Below, piece after piece: positions 1 to 10,949 of a stretch of DNA of 64,000 bases. Position numbers and translations under genes: made by a program. The stretch is from an uncultured Collinsella sp. (GTDB lineage: Bacteria > Actinomycetota > Coriobacteriia > Coriobacteriales > Coriobacteriaceae), in contig CABSAD010000002.1 of NCBI GenBank assembly GCA_902475615.1, positions 110,287 through 174,286 of the forward strand, written 5' to 3'. Each line of letters starts with the position of its first letter. Positions within the stretch are counted from its first letter, which is position 1. The notes under the pieces are model-generated. The model ran no database searches, had not been told where the DNA came from, and was given only the letters and a program-made list of their open reading frames with translations.

Positions 1-628
1 GCTCGGTGGTCTTCGGCAGCTTCTCATCGTTAAGGTACGGCGTGTCGTAGAGTACCTCCTTGAGCCCAAACAGATGACGGGCACCCGGCACCACGGTGTA
101 GAGCGAGCCCTCTGGCGCCAGCACGCGAGAAAACTCACGCTCGTTAAAGGGAGCAAAGAGCTCGGTCACCATATCGAAGGTGCCATCGGCCACGGGGATG
201 TCCTTCATGTTGGCCACGAAATAGGTCGCATCGCCGCGCTTGGCGGCAAGGCGCACCATCTCTTTGCCCAGGTCAAAGCCGTAAGCATCCACGCCCGGCA
301 CCGCACCCATGGCGCTGGTGTAATAGCCCTCGCCACAGCAAATATCGAGCAACGTCATGGGGCAGTTCGTAGACGCGGCACGTCCAGACACCCGCTCGCG
401 CACCAGCTCGACCATCGCATCGCGCAACGGCGCATAGTAACCGCGGTTCAGAAAGTCGCGACGGCTGCGTGCCTGCGACTTGGGATCGCCCATGGAGTCG
501 CCGCTCTTGGACGAGCGCAGGAGATATAGATAGCCCTCGCGCGCACGGTCAAACCGGTGCCCACCCGCGCATGCAGCACCGCGTTCGTCATCCACCAGCG
601 GCTCATGGCAAACGGGACACAACAACAT
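1..628 (-). CDS. 23S rRNA (guanine-N1)-methyltransferase RlmA-like; 3' end runs off the window
   Basis: Minus-strand frame from the ATG at 628 reads MLLCPVCHEPLVDDERGAACAGGHRFDRAREGYLYLLRSSK..., an N-terminal Cys4 zinc finger followed by a class I SAM methyltransferase fold (LDICCGEGYY), as in RlmA. The frame stays open to position 1. It is absent from the ORF track because it has no in-window stop. Confidence 0.7.
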   Translation of the reverse strand, partial: MLLCPVCHEPLVDDERGAACAGGHRFDRAREGYLYLLRSSKSGDSMGDPKSQARSRRDFLNRGYYAPLRDAMVELVRERVSGRAASTNCPMTLLDICCGEGYYTSAMGAVPGVDAYGFDLGKEMVRLAAKRGDATYFVANMKDIPVADGTFDMVTELFAPFNEREFSRVLAPEGSLYTVVPGARHLFGLKEVLYDTPYLNDEKLPKTTE

Positions 629-684
629 GGCAACTCCTTAGCGCGAACAACACAACGCCCACCATTGTCGCACGCCTTCCCCGC

Positions 685-746
685 CTAGTCATTGGGGACG
701 TTCTTGAATGAGTAATCGTTTTAGAACGTCCCCAATGACTAGTCGA
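685..746. repeat. 62-bp palindromic element, copy A (long inverted repeat tcattggggacgttc...gaacgtccccaatga)
   Basis: Near-perfect hairpin read directly from the sequence. A second copy at about 80% identity lies at 21301..21364. Confidence 0.7.
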
Positions 747-806
747 TTAGGAGTATCATCGTCTGCGCAAATAAGCACAAAAGAGCATGTTAGAGATTGA
801 GAGCGT

Positions 807-2189
807 ATGGCTGACACCGTATCTAAGCACATTGACATGACCACCGGATCGCTGTGGCGCAATGTTCCCCTGTTCGCCTTCCCCGTGGCCGCCACGAGCA
901 TCTTGGAGCAGCTGTCGAACCTCATCGCCACGGTCATTATCGGTAACTTCTCGGGTGACCAGGGAACCCTCGCCATGGCGGCGGTCGGCTCCAATGTTCC
1001 GCTTACCAGTCTTATGCTCAACTTGTTTATTGGCATGTCGCTTGGCTCTAACGTGGTCATCGCCAACGCTATCGGCCGCAACGATCAGAACATGGTCAAA
1101 CGCGCCGTCCATACCTCGATTTTAATGGCGCTCGTGGGCTTTGTCGTCATTGCGCTGGGCGAGATCTTTGCCGAGCCCATGCTCGCCGCGCTCAATGTTC
1201 CCGCCGAAACCATGCCGCTCGCTTCGCTCTACCTGCGCGTCTTTTTGCTCAGCATGCCCTCGATCTTGCTCTACAACTTTGAGGCCGCGATCTTCCGCTC
1301 CGTCGGCATCACCCGCATGCCGCTGCAGGCACTTGCCGTGTCCACCGTCCTCAACATTGGCCTGGATCTCATCTTTGTCCCCATACTCCACTGGGGCGTC
1401 GCGGGCGTCGCCATCGCCACCGCTATCGCCTACACTGTCAGCGCCGCCACGCTCTTTATCCGCCTGCTCAAGACCGACTCCGTCGTCCGCGTCACCCCGC
1501 GCGACCTGGCTATCGACCCCGTCGCCCTCAAGCGCATCGTCAAGATCGGCCTGCCCGCCGGCATCCAGAGCGCCGTCTTTGCCGTCGCCAACATCATCAT
1601 CCAGTCTGCTATCAACAGCCTGGGCACCGAGGTCATGGCGGCATCGAGCGCCGCTATGAGCTTGGAGTACGTATGCTACAACCTGCTCAACAGCTTTAGC
1701 CAGGCTTGCACCACCTTTGTGGGACAAAACCACGGTGCCCGCCAGATCGACCGCTGCACCAAAACGCTCAAGGTCTGCCTGGTCGAAGGCGGTATCGTTG
1801 CACTCACCACGATCATCGTTATTGTCGGCCTGGGACGCGAGATCTTGTCGCTGTTCAACAGCGATCCCAACATCGTCTCGATCGGCTATATCCGCGTGTG
1901 TTCGATCTTCCCGGCGTACGCCTTTAGCATGTTCTACGAAAACATGTCCGGCTACCTGCGCGGCTTTGGTATCTCGCTCACGCCCGCCCTCATCACCATG
2001 ATCTGCGTCTGCGGCATCCGCTTCTATTGGGTGTTCTGCGTGTTCCCGCACTTCCGCACCTTTGCGAACATCATGATGGTCTACCCCATCAGCCTGGGCA
2101 CCACGGCGTTCTTTATGGTCGTGGCGGTACTACTTTGCCACCCGGCACGCACCTATCGCGCCACCCAAGCCAAAGCGACAGCCCGCTAA
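807..2189 (+). CDS. MATE family efflux transporter
   Basis: 460 aa with 12 predicted TM helices and typical MATE N-terminal and internal-repeat composition. Confidence 0.85.
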   Translation: MADTVSKHIDMTTGSLWRNVPLFAFPVAATSILEQLSNLIATVIIGNFSGDQGTLAMAAVGSNVPLTSLMLNLFIGMSLGSNVVIANAIGRNDQNMVKRAVHTSILMALVGFVVIALGEIFAEPMLAALNVPAETMPLASLYLRVFLLSMPSILLYNFEAAIFRSVGITRMPLQALAVSTVLNIGLDLIFVPILHWGVAGVAIATAIAYTVSAATLFIRLLKTDSVVRVTPRDLAIDPVALKRIVKIGLPAGIQSAVFAVANIIIQSAINSLGTEVMAASSAAMSLEYVCYNLLNSFSQACTTFVGQNHGARQIDRCTKTLKVCLVEGGIVALTTIIVIVGLGREILSLFNSDPNIVSIGYIRVCSIFPAYAFSMFYENMSGYLRGFGISLTPALITMICVCGIRFYWVFCVFPHFRTFANIMMVYPISLGTTAFFMVVAVLLCHPARTYRATQAKATAR

Positions 2190-2213
2190 ACACCGCACTC
2201 AAAGCCACGCCAG

Positions 2214-3083
2214 TCATAAATTGACAATATGCGAGCTCATATAGTCGATAAAGCGCCTCGTGGCGATGGGCATGGTATCCCAGCTGCGCCAGGCTGCCAC
2301 TACGTCACGCGAGGGAGCGTGCACGATGGGCCGCACGCGAATATCGGCTCGCATGCCCTCCACAGTACGGCGGTAGAGCATGCTCACGCCTAGACCCTCC
2401 TCCACCATCGCCATGATGGTGTAGTCGTCGGTGACCTCGCTCGTCACGTGCGGCGACAGCCCATGCGTTGCGAATGCATCGAGCACCAGGCTCTGTTCGC
2501 CCTCATCCAGCAGCACAAACGGCTCGGACGCTAGGTCGGCAAGCGTCACCTTTTCCTTTGCCGCCAGCGGATGCGCAGCCGGTAACAGTGCCACCAACTC
2601 ATCGTGATAGACCACGCGTTTCTCGAGCCCAGCGGTAAATCCGCGCGCCGTAAAGCAAAAATCAACCACGCCATCGTGCACCCACTGGGCGTTGCGCGTG
2701 TAATCACCCTGCTTGAGGGTAAAGTGCACGCCCGGGTGCAGGGCCCCAAAATCGCGGATCACACGTGGCAACACGGTTCGACTCACGTTGGTAAACGTCG
2801 CGATACGAATATCGGTCGAGGAGAGCCCCAGCAGCTCCTGGCGCTTGCCCTCGAGCTCGGCCTCGGCGGTCACAATCTGGCGCAGGTACGGCAGATATTG
2901 TTTACCGTCGCGCGTAAGTGAGACACCCTGCTTGCCGCGCTCGATAAGCGTGGTGCCCAGCTCGCGCTCGAGCGCCTTGACGGCCTGGCTCACCGCACTT
3001 TGCGTATAGCCCAGCTCGTCCGCCGCACGTTTCAGACTGCCGCAATCGACCACCATACAAACAATCTGATACCGCAATGCCAT
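2214..3083 (-). CDS. LysR family transcriptional regulator
   Basis: N-terminal HTH (LKRAADELGYTQSAVSQAVKALERELG) plus a LysR substrate-binding domain. It is divergent from an EamA transporter. Confidence 0.9.
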   Translation of the reverse strand: MALRYQIVCMVVDCGSLKRAADELGYTQSAVSQAVKALERELGTTLIERGKQGVSLTRDGKQYLPYLRQIVTAEAELEGKRQELLGLSSTDIRIATFTNVSRTVLPRVIRDFGALHPGVHFTLKQGDYTRNAQWVHDGVVDFCFTARGFTAGLEKRVVYHDELVALLPAAHPLAAKEKVTLADLASEPFVLLDEGEQSLVLDAFATHGLSPHVTSEVTDDYTIMAMVEEGLGVSMLYRRTVEGMRADIRVRPIVHAPSRDVVAAWRSWDTMPIATRRFIDYMSSHIVNL

Positions 3084-3241
3084 CGTGCCTCCGCATCAAT
3101 GCAGCCGTAAAACGTTTTGCCAGCGCTTTTCGTGCCTACTTTAGCATTTCTTAATCATACTGAAGATACATTCGCTTTACTACATCCACATCTGGGAGCA
3201 GAATCCTTTGTGCGAAACCGTTCTGTAACAAAAGGAGTCCC

Positions 3242-4144
3242 ATGGATCGCAAAAAAGCAATCGCGCTCTCATTTTCCGTTCCCGTCGCATGGGGCTTTTC
3301 GTACCCCCTCATGAAAATCGGCATGGACAGCATGAACGCCACGAGTATCGTCGCGCTACGCTGCATCATCGCCTTTGTGGCCTGTCTGCTGCTCTTCCAC
3401 AAGCGTGTTTTCCGTATCAACCGCGACCTTATGGTTCGCGCCGCCATCATCGGCGCCATCATGGCAACCGAGCTCACCTGCATGTGCCTGGGCTCCAGCC
3501 TCACCTCTGCCTCCACTGCCGGCTTTTTGCAGAGCCTGACGGTCGTGATCGTGCCGTTTGCCAACGCCGCCCTGCTGCGTCGCGCCCCCGAGCGCAAGGT
3601 GCTCGTCGGCACGGCTATCGTCACCTGCGGCATGCTGCTGCTCTCGGGCGCCGACTTCACCAGCCTGAACCCGGGCGCGCTCATCATGCTGCTCTCCGCC
3701 TTTATCTATGCCAGCCACATTATCGTGGCCAAGCGCTTTGTCGAAGAAGTCGACCCGCTGGCTCTGGGCGTTTGGCAGCTGGGCTTCGGCGGCTTGTTCT
3801 CGGGCATCGCTGCATTCACCTTTGGCGGCTTCACGCTTCCCGGCACGCCCAGCGAGATCGTCGTTGTCGTCGCGCTCGCACTCATCTGCTCCGCCTACGG
3901 CTTTATCACTCAGACACTCGTGCAGCCCCACGTGCCTGCCGAGACCACCGGCTTCGCCTTCTCGCTCGAGCCGGTATGCTCCGCCGTCTTCTCGTTCTTC
4001 CTGGTCGGCGAGGTCCTCAGCCCCATCGCCTTCATTGGCGCCGCCCTCATCCTCACCGGCGTCATGGTGGCAACCGTCGAACTTCCGCACCTTCGCGCAC
4101 ATGGACAGGCTCGCATGGCAGGAGCGCCCGAGCACGTCTCGTAG
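3242..4144 (+). CDS. EamA/DMT family transporter
   Basis: 300 aa with 10 TM helices and a duplicated EamA fold. It sits in the classic divergent arrangement with the LysR gene. Confidence 0.8.
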   Translation: MDRKKAIALSFSVPVAWGFSYPLMKIGMDSMNATSIVALRCIIAFVACLLLFHKRVFRINRDLMVRAAIIGAIMATELTCMCLGSSLTSASTAGFLQSLTVVIVPFANAALLRRAPERKVLVGTAIVTCGMLLLSGADFTSLNPGALIMLLSAFIYASHIIVAKRFVEEVDPLALGVWQLGFGGLFSGIAAFTFGGFTLPGTPSEIVVVVALALICSAYGFITQTLVQPHVPAETTGFAFSLEPVCSAVFSFFLVGEVLSPIAFIGAALILTGVMVATVELPHLRAHGQARMAGAPEHVS

Positions 4145-4232
4145 ACCCCACTCCTCATACAGCCGTGGCATAAAGGCAACCGGTGCGCCTTTACAATAGA
4201 TGTCAACAGAGCATCTGACGTAAAGGAGCCCC

Positions 4233-4958
4233 ATGGACGCCGCGACCCGCGACCGCAACATAGCAACTTGGTTGGGCGATGCGCCGCAGCCGGTACGTGA
4301 CACTACGAACCAGCTGCTCGAGCGCATCGCCCTTTTGCGTGCCGAGCAAACCATCTACCCGGCACAAGACGACATCCTCAATGCCCTCGCCTACACGCCG
4401 GCCGACCAGGTCAAGGTTGTCATCTTGGGTCAAGACCCCTATCACGGACCCAACCAGGCAATGGGGCTGTCGTTCTCGGTCCCCGCGACGCAAACCAAGT
4501 TGCCGCCGAGCCTGCGCAACATCTATAAGGAGCTCAAAGCCGATCTGGGCTGCCCCATTCCCGCCACGGGAGACCTAACCCCATGGGCACAACAGGGCGT
4601 CCTGCTCCTCAACACTACGCTCACCGTGCGCGAGCATGCCGCGAACTCGCACGCCAAGCTGGGCTGGAGCACGCTCACCGACTACGTTATCGAACGCTGC
4701 TGCCAGCTGCCCCAGCCGGTCGTCTTTTTGGCATGGGGCCGCTTTGCCCAGCAGATGGTCGAAGGCAAGCTCGCCGCAATCGGCGCGGGCAAGGCAACCG
4801 GCAAGTTCTGCCTGGCCTCTACGCACCCCTCGCCGCTTTCGGCCAACCGTGCCACGGCAGAACTCCCCGCTTTTATGGGGTCGCGCCCCTTCTCCGCTGC
4901 CAATCGGCTACTCGAACAGCACGGCTCGACCCCCGTCAACTGGACTTGCCTCAGCTAA
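4233..4958 (+). CDS. ung: uracil-DNA glycosylase (family 1)
   Basis: Carries the GQDPYHGPNQAMGLSFSV active-site motif and the HPSPLS C-terminal motif. Confidence 0.9.
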   Translation: MDAATRDRNIATWLGDAPQPVRDTTNQLLERIALLRAEQTIYPAQDDILNALAYTPADQVKVVILGQDPYHGPNQAMGLSFSVPATQTKLPPSLRNIYKELKADLGCPIPATGDLTPWAQQGVLLLNTTLTVREHAANSHAKLGWSTLTDYVIERCCQLPQPVVFLAWGRFAQQMVEGKLAAIGAGKATGKFCLASTHPSPLSANRATAELPAFMGSRPFSAANRLLEQHGSTPVNWTCLS

Positions 4959-4973
4959 AAATCGATACATCAA

Positions 4974-5006
4974 AAACGCGCCCGACGGCTTTCCATCGGG
5001 CGCGTT
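4974..5006. terminator. bidirectional hairpin terminator between ung (+) and the SDR gene (-)
   Basis: Stem aacgcgcccgacgg/ccatcgggcgcgtt with flanking A/T runs, between convergent genes. Confidence 0.55.
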
Positions 5007-5008
5007 TC

Positions 5009-5689
5009 CTATTCGGGCCAAATAAATTGTGTGCGGCCGGCCTCGCCGCCATCGATCAGCAGGCTCTGCCCGGTCATAAACCGGTTGGTCACGCCCACAA
5101 AGTAGATCCACTCGGCGATCTCTTGGGCGGTGGCCCAGCGTTTAAGCGGCGTGAGCTCCATAATCTGGTTCCACAGGTGTTCGTCTTCCATCACGCAACG
5201 GTTGAGCGGCGTGATAACGCCGCCCGGGTCCACACTGTTGGCGATGGCCTGCGGTGCCAGGCGGTTTGCAAGGTTCTTGGTGTAGGCGATAACGCCGCCC
5301 TTGCTGGCAGCATAGGCGGGAAACTCCGATCCCGTATGTCCGCTCGCCGACCCCACATTGACCACGGATTTGATAGCCGGCGCAGGCTTGGCGGCAAGCC
5401 CCTCCCCCACAAAGGCGTAGTGCTCGGTCACGTTGATGGTGCCACGCAGGTTGGCAGCAATATCGTCGGCCGAATCCTGCGTACCGGCAACGTTCACGAT
5501 TACCTGGGGTTCAAGATCGCCTGGAAACGAGTCCGGCTCGCGTACATCAACGATCAGATGGCGGTAGCGCTCGTGTTCGATCGCCGCCGGCAGCAGATCA
5601 AAGCCCACGACCTCGTGGCCCTCGTCCAAAAAGCGCTGCACGCACGCGGCTCCGATACCGCCCGAAGCGCCCGTGATCAAAACCCGCAT
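5009..5689 (-). CDS. SDR family oxidoreductase
   Basis: TGASGGIG Rossmann motif and a YxxxK-type catalytic region (YAASK). Confidence 0.85.
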   Translation of the reverse strand: MRVLITGASGGIGAACVQRFLDEGHEVVGFDLLPAAIEHERYRHLIVDVREPDSFPGDLEPQVIVNVAGTQDSADDIAANLRGTINVTEHYAFVGEGLAAKPAPAIKSVVNVGSASGHTGSEFPAYAASKGGVIAYTKNLANRLAPQAIANSVDPGGVITPLNRCVMEDEHLWNQIMELTPLKRWATAQEIAEWIYFVGVTNRFMTGQSLLIDGGEAGRTQFIWPE

Positions 5690-5698
5690 ACTTGCTCC

Positions 5699-6421
5699 TT
5701 AGGCGGTTGCATGGCGCTCGAGGTACTCGGAACCCACATTCTCGCGCTCCCAGCCGCGCACGACCTTGTAGCCCACGGGGCTCAGGAAGACCTCGCACAG
5801 CAGCTCGGCGACAGCGCCGGTCAGCGAGCACATAAGGACCTGCACCCAGGTCCAACCAAAGAACGTGTGGCTCACCACAATGGCAAAGACCAGGTTGTCG
5901 ATAAACTGGCCAACACCCGTGGACACATAGGAGCGGAAGGCGAAGCTCGCAAAATTATTCTTTTTGAGCATGCGGCCGAGCGACTGGTTGAGCGTGGAGT
6001 TAACCACGGCAGAGACGAGCATTGCCAGCGAAGAGCCCAGCACCACGTACCAGGTGCCACCGATGGTAGCGTTAAGGGCAGTGTTAACCTCGATCATGCC
6101 CGTGTCGTAGTAGGCGCCCCACATACCGGGCGTGAGCGAGCATGCCCAAAAGCACAGGCTCACGGCCAGGTTGACCAGCAGCGCGAGGATAGAGATTTTG
6201 ATGGATGCCTTGGCGCCAAAGCGTTTGCAGATCATGTCCTGGCACAAAAACGAAACCCAGCTCACCACAAAGCCGCAATCGAGTGCCAGATACGGCAGGC
6301 TGATGAGCTCTTTGTTGGCCAGCAGGTTCATCATGATGACACTCACGAAAAACAGCGAAACCGTTGCCGCGGGAATGCTCCGCAACAGGACCTTGTAGTC
6401 CTCCATGACCTTCTTGATCAT
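5699..6421 (-). CDS. queuosine precursor transporter (YhhQ/VUT family, DUF165)
   Basis: 240-aa integral membrane protein whose composition and length match COG1738/YhhQ. Confidence 0.7.
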   Translation of the reverse strand: MIKKVMEDYKVLLRSIPAATVSLFFVSVIMMNLLANKELISLPYLALDCGFVVSWVSFLCQDMICKRFGAKASIKISILALLVNLAVSLCFWACSLTPGMWGAYYDTGMIEVNTALNATIGGTWYVVLGSSLAMLVSAVVNSTLNQSLGRMLKKNNFASFAFRSYVSTGVGQFIDNLVFAIVVSHTFFGWTWVQVLMCSLTGAVAELLCEVFLSPVGYKVVRGWERENVGSEYLERHATA

Positions 6422-6429
6422 TATGTACT

Positions 6430-6476
6430 CCTTTGGTTTTAGGTTTAACGAGCAGGATATCGGACCCGAACTGCTC
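6430..6476 (-). ncRNA. candidate preQ1-I riboswitch in the 5' leader of the yhhQ-like gene
   Basis: Minus-strand RNA GAGCAG-UUCGGGUCCGAUAUC-CUGCUC-GUUAAACCUAAAACCAAAGGAG-uacaua-AUG. It has a 6-bp P1 stem, a loop that starts UUC, and an A-rich tail containing the Shine-Dalgarno sequence, resembling the Tte/Bsu preQ1-I aptamers. COG1738 genes are the most common preQ1-I targets. Confidence 0.4.
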
Positions 6477-6577
6477 GGACGCCCCGGTCTTGAGACGACG
6501 GTGGGTATGATAGCCGCTCACACGGCATCAGGCAAGTAAATGGCGCGGCAGCCCCGCAGGGTCACCGCGCCGATGCG

Positions 6578-8218
<1,641 letters not shown>

Positions 8219-8440
8219 AACGTCGTTGTAACCGCACTATTGTAGCCGCGAAATCCCGCTCTAGGGCACCTATCAGGACAAATTCATCAGTCAGAACGTG
8301 AACGGCTAGTTATCGGAAGTATTCTGCAGCAGACTGTCTCAATCTGTAACAGCAGGAGACCAAAAACGGACCCAGGTGTTACAGGTTGAGATTGTTTTGG
8401 AGCAAGCGCGGCACCGATGGGCTATTCCCTATTTACCTCT

Positions 8441-8495
8441 TGCATAACTGTGCATAGTGTATATATACTGTGCTTACCGGTTATATACACGTGTA
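8441..8495. promoter_or_regulatory. candidate operator dyads upstream of the GntR gene (gtgtatatatac / ggttatatacacgtg, tgcata x2)
   Basis: AT-rich palindromes in an otherwise GC-rich intergenic region, just upstream of the autoregulatory GntR-ABC operon. Confidence 0.3.
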
Positions 8496-8517
8496 GCCCA
8501 ACAGCTAAGGAGCCGCT

Positions 8518-8898
8518 GTGGACATCATCCTATCCAATTCGAGCGATAAGCCCATCTACGAGCAAATAGCCTCGCAGGTCAAAGCTCGGATCCTTTCGGG
8601 CACGCTCGCTGCGGGAGCCAAACTCCCCAGCATCCGTGCGCTCGCGAGCGACCTGGGCGTGAGCGTCATCACCACCAAGCGCGCCTACGCCGACCTGGAG
8701 CAACTCGGTTTTATCTGCACCGTGCAGGGCAAGGGCTGCTTTGTCGCCGAGGGCAACCAAGAACTCTTGCGCGAAAACCAGCTCTGCCATATCGAAGAGC
8801 TGCTTGCGAAAGCGGCGAGCCAAGCCGAAACCCTGGGCGTCACGCGCGACAAACTGCACGAGATGCTCGACCTGGTAGCCCCCGAAACCATGCAGTAG
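8518..8898 (+). CDS. GntR family transcriptional regulator (YtrA-like), GTG start
   Basis: 126 aa with a winged HTH (PSIRALASDLGVSVITTKRAYADLE). It is the first gene of a GntR, ABC ATPase, ABC-2 permease operon. Confidence 0.85.
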   Translation: MDIILSNSSDKPIYEQIASQVKARILSGTLAAGAKLPSIRALASDLGVSVITTKRAYADLEQLGFICTVQGKGCFVAEGNQELLRENQLCHIEELLAKAASQAETLGVTRDKLHEMLDLVAPETMQ

Positions 8899-8921
8899 CC
8901 ATCTGCAAGAAAGGCTATACC

Positions 8922-9803
8922 ATGCAAAACTTGCTTGAACTCAAAGGCATCTCACACGCTGTAAGCGACCGCTTTTCGCTGCGCGACGTCACGCTTGCCG
9001 TGGAGCCTGGCCAGATCATCGGCTTTGTTGGTGCCAACGGTGCTGGCAAAACAACGACGATTCGAGCTGCTCTCGGGCTTATAAAGCTCGATGCCGGCGA
9101 AGTGCACCTGTTTGGGCAGCGCTGTGGCGCCGACGCGCCCGATGAGTCGCAACGCCATCTACGCTCCCGCGTCGGTCTTGTCCTGGACACGTGCCCCTTC
9201 CCCTCCACGCTCAAGGTGGGCCAGATCGAGTCGCTCGTAGGCCCAGCGTACCCCACGTGGGACCGCGAAACGTTCGCCGGATTCATCAACCGATTTGGCC
9301 TCGATCCCAAGACAAAGGTCAAGGACCTCTCCCGCGGCATGGGCATGAAACTTCAGCTTGCCTGTGCGCTCAGCCACAAGGCCAAGCTGCTCGTTTTGGA
9401 CGAAGCCACCGCGGGCCTCGATCCCATGGCACGCGAGGAACTGCTTGATGAGCTGCTTGCCTTTGTTTCCGACGGTCAGCGCAGCGTGCTGCTCTCGAGT
9501 CACATTACGTCCGACCTCGATCGCACCGCTGATCGCGTCATCTGCATCGATAATGGCTCGATTATTTTTGACCTGCCGCGTGAGGATATTACCGACCGCG
9601 CTGGCATCGCCCACTGCACCCAATCGCAGGCTGCCGAGCTTATGGCTTGCGTCGAAGGCGCCCGTGCCGCCCACCACGCCTACAGCGTGGACGTACTCGT
9701 ACCCAACCGTCGCGAAACGCTCGAGGCCTTCCCCGAGATTCCCTGCGATCGGGCAACCATTGATGACTATCTGCGCCTCATACTGAAAGGGGCTTCGAAA
9801 TGA
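8922..9803 (+). CDS. ABC transporter ATP-binding protein
   Basis: Walker A GANGAGKTT, signature LSRGMGMKLQLA and Walker B LLVLDEATAGLD. Confidence 0.9.
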   Translation: MQNLLELKGISHAVSDRFSLRDVTLAVEPGQIIGFVGANGAGKTTTIRAALGLIKLDAGEVHLFGQRCGADAPDESQRHLRSRVGLVLDTCPFPSTLKVGQIESLVGPAYPTWDRETFAGFINRFGLDPKTKVKDLSRGMGMKLQLACALSHKAKLLVLDEATAGLDPMAREELLDELLAFVSDGQRSVLLSSHITSDLDRTADRVICIDNGSIIFDLPREDITDRAGIAHCTQSQAAELMACVEGARAAHHAYSVDVLVPNRRETLEAFPEIPCDRATIDDYLRLILKGASK

Positions 9804-10498
9804 AACGCGCCTTTATGTCCGAACTCGCCATCGTTCGCACGCTCATCCCGAGCATTGCGGGCGTCGGCTTGTTCATCTTCGTTGTGCTGACGCTCGTCAA
9901 CGCGTCGGATGGCGATTCCGGTATGAGCGCCGGCGCCTGCGCCGTCAGTGCCATGTCGCCCATCATAGTCATGAACTCACTGGCCGGTTTCGACAATCAA
10001 AACGGTTGGGAGCGCTACCGGGCAACGCTGCCCTTCTCGCGCAAAGACATCATCCGCGCACGCTACCTGAGCGTTATTGTCTTCTCCGCCCTCATGGCAT
10101 GTGCAGCTACGCTTTTGAGCATCGCCTCCATCCCGCTCTTCAATGGCGCGGGCATTCCTTCGACGGGACAGACGGTCTTTGAAATCGCAATCGCCTCGGC
10201 AGCATCGATGCTCATCTCCCTCATGATGGTGTTTTTGGCACAGCCGCTGTTCTTTCGATTTGGACACATGGAGGCGCTGCGCCTATCCGTTGGCCTGTTT
10301 GCCATGCTCGGATGCCTTGCCATGGCCACGCTGAGCTCCTCCAACCCCATCAGCAACTGGCTCATGTCGATTGCCGGAGCGAATCCCGATCCTGCCGTCC
10401 TTGGCGGTCTGTGCGCAGGAATTGCCGTACTGGCCCTCGCGCTATGTGCAATCAGCTGCGCTGTCAGCACCAAGGTCTATCGAGCGCGCGACCTGTAA
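9800..10498 (+). CDS. ABC-2 family transporter permease
   Basis: 232 aa with 6 TM helices, translationally coupled to the ATPase (ATGA overlap). Confidence 0.7.
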   Translation: MKRAFMSELAIVRTLIPSIAGVGLFIFVVLTLVNASDGDSGMSAGACAVSAMSPIIVMNSLAGFDNQNGWERYRATLPFSRKDIIRARYLSVIVFSALMACAATLLSIASIPLFNGAGIPSTGQTVFEIAIASAASMLISLMMVFLAQPLFFRFGHMEALRLSVGLFAMLGCLAMATLSSSNPISNWLMSIAGANPDPAVLGGLCAGIAVLALALCAISCAVSTKVYRARDL

Positions 10499-10628
10499 TC
10501 GACAGCCAAAGGGCTTGGGCTGCACGCCACCTCATTTACTAGATAAGACGAAGCAGCAACAACGTCGCTACCGCCCTTCACGGCATGCCGTTTAAATCTT
10601 GGCAACCAAAGAGAAGCCGACGGCATAT

Positions 10629-10808
10629 CGAGGGTGAATGTTTTTCCGAGAAGTGAACGAGTAAAATCAGCACCCCGTATCATCGACATTTTTATGGGCT
10701 TAATTCCTGCGGTTTTTGCCTAGGAATCCTGCGGTTTTATTCGAAAAAAGTGTGCATGCTCCAGGGGTCCATATTTACTCGTTCACTTCTCGGAAAAACA
10801 CTCACCTT
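10629..10808. mobile_element. MITE-like repeat, copy 1 (about 180 bp with terminal inverted repeats ggtgaatgtttttccgagaagtgaacgag / ctcgttcacttctcggaaaaacactcacc)
   Basis: Three copies share about 80-90% identity, terminal inverted repeats, and an internal duplicated cctgcggtttt motif. Confidence 0.7.
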
Positions 10809-10949
10809 CAATTCGAGCCTTCACCAAATGGCTCCCCGGAACATAACCCCCGTCTCGCCGCGGCCATATCAAACCTTCATGGTGGGGCGGTATCCTCATG
10901 TCCATAAAACTCGCAGGATAAACCCATTATCCAAGGAGGCACCGCACCC

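Noticed and set aside
4583-6442. 619-aa plus-strand ORF spanning ung, the SDR gene and the yhhQ-like gene
   Set aside because: It is antisense to or overlaps three homology-supported genes, and long open frames are expected by chance at about 62% GC. Its Arg/Ala/Gly-rich composition has no domain signature.
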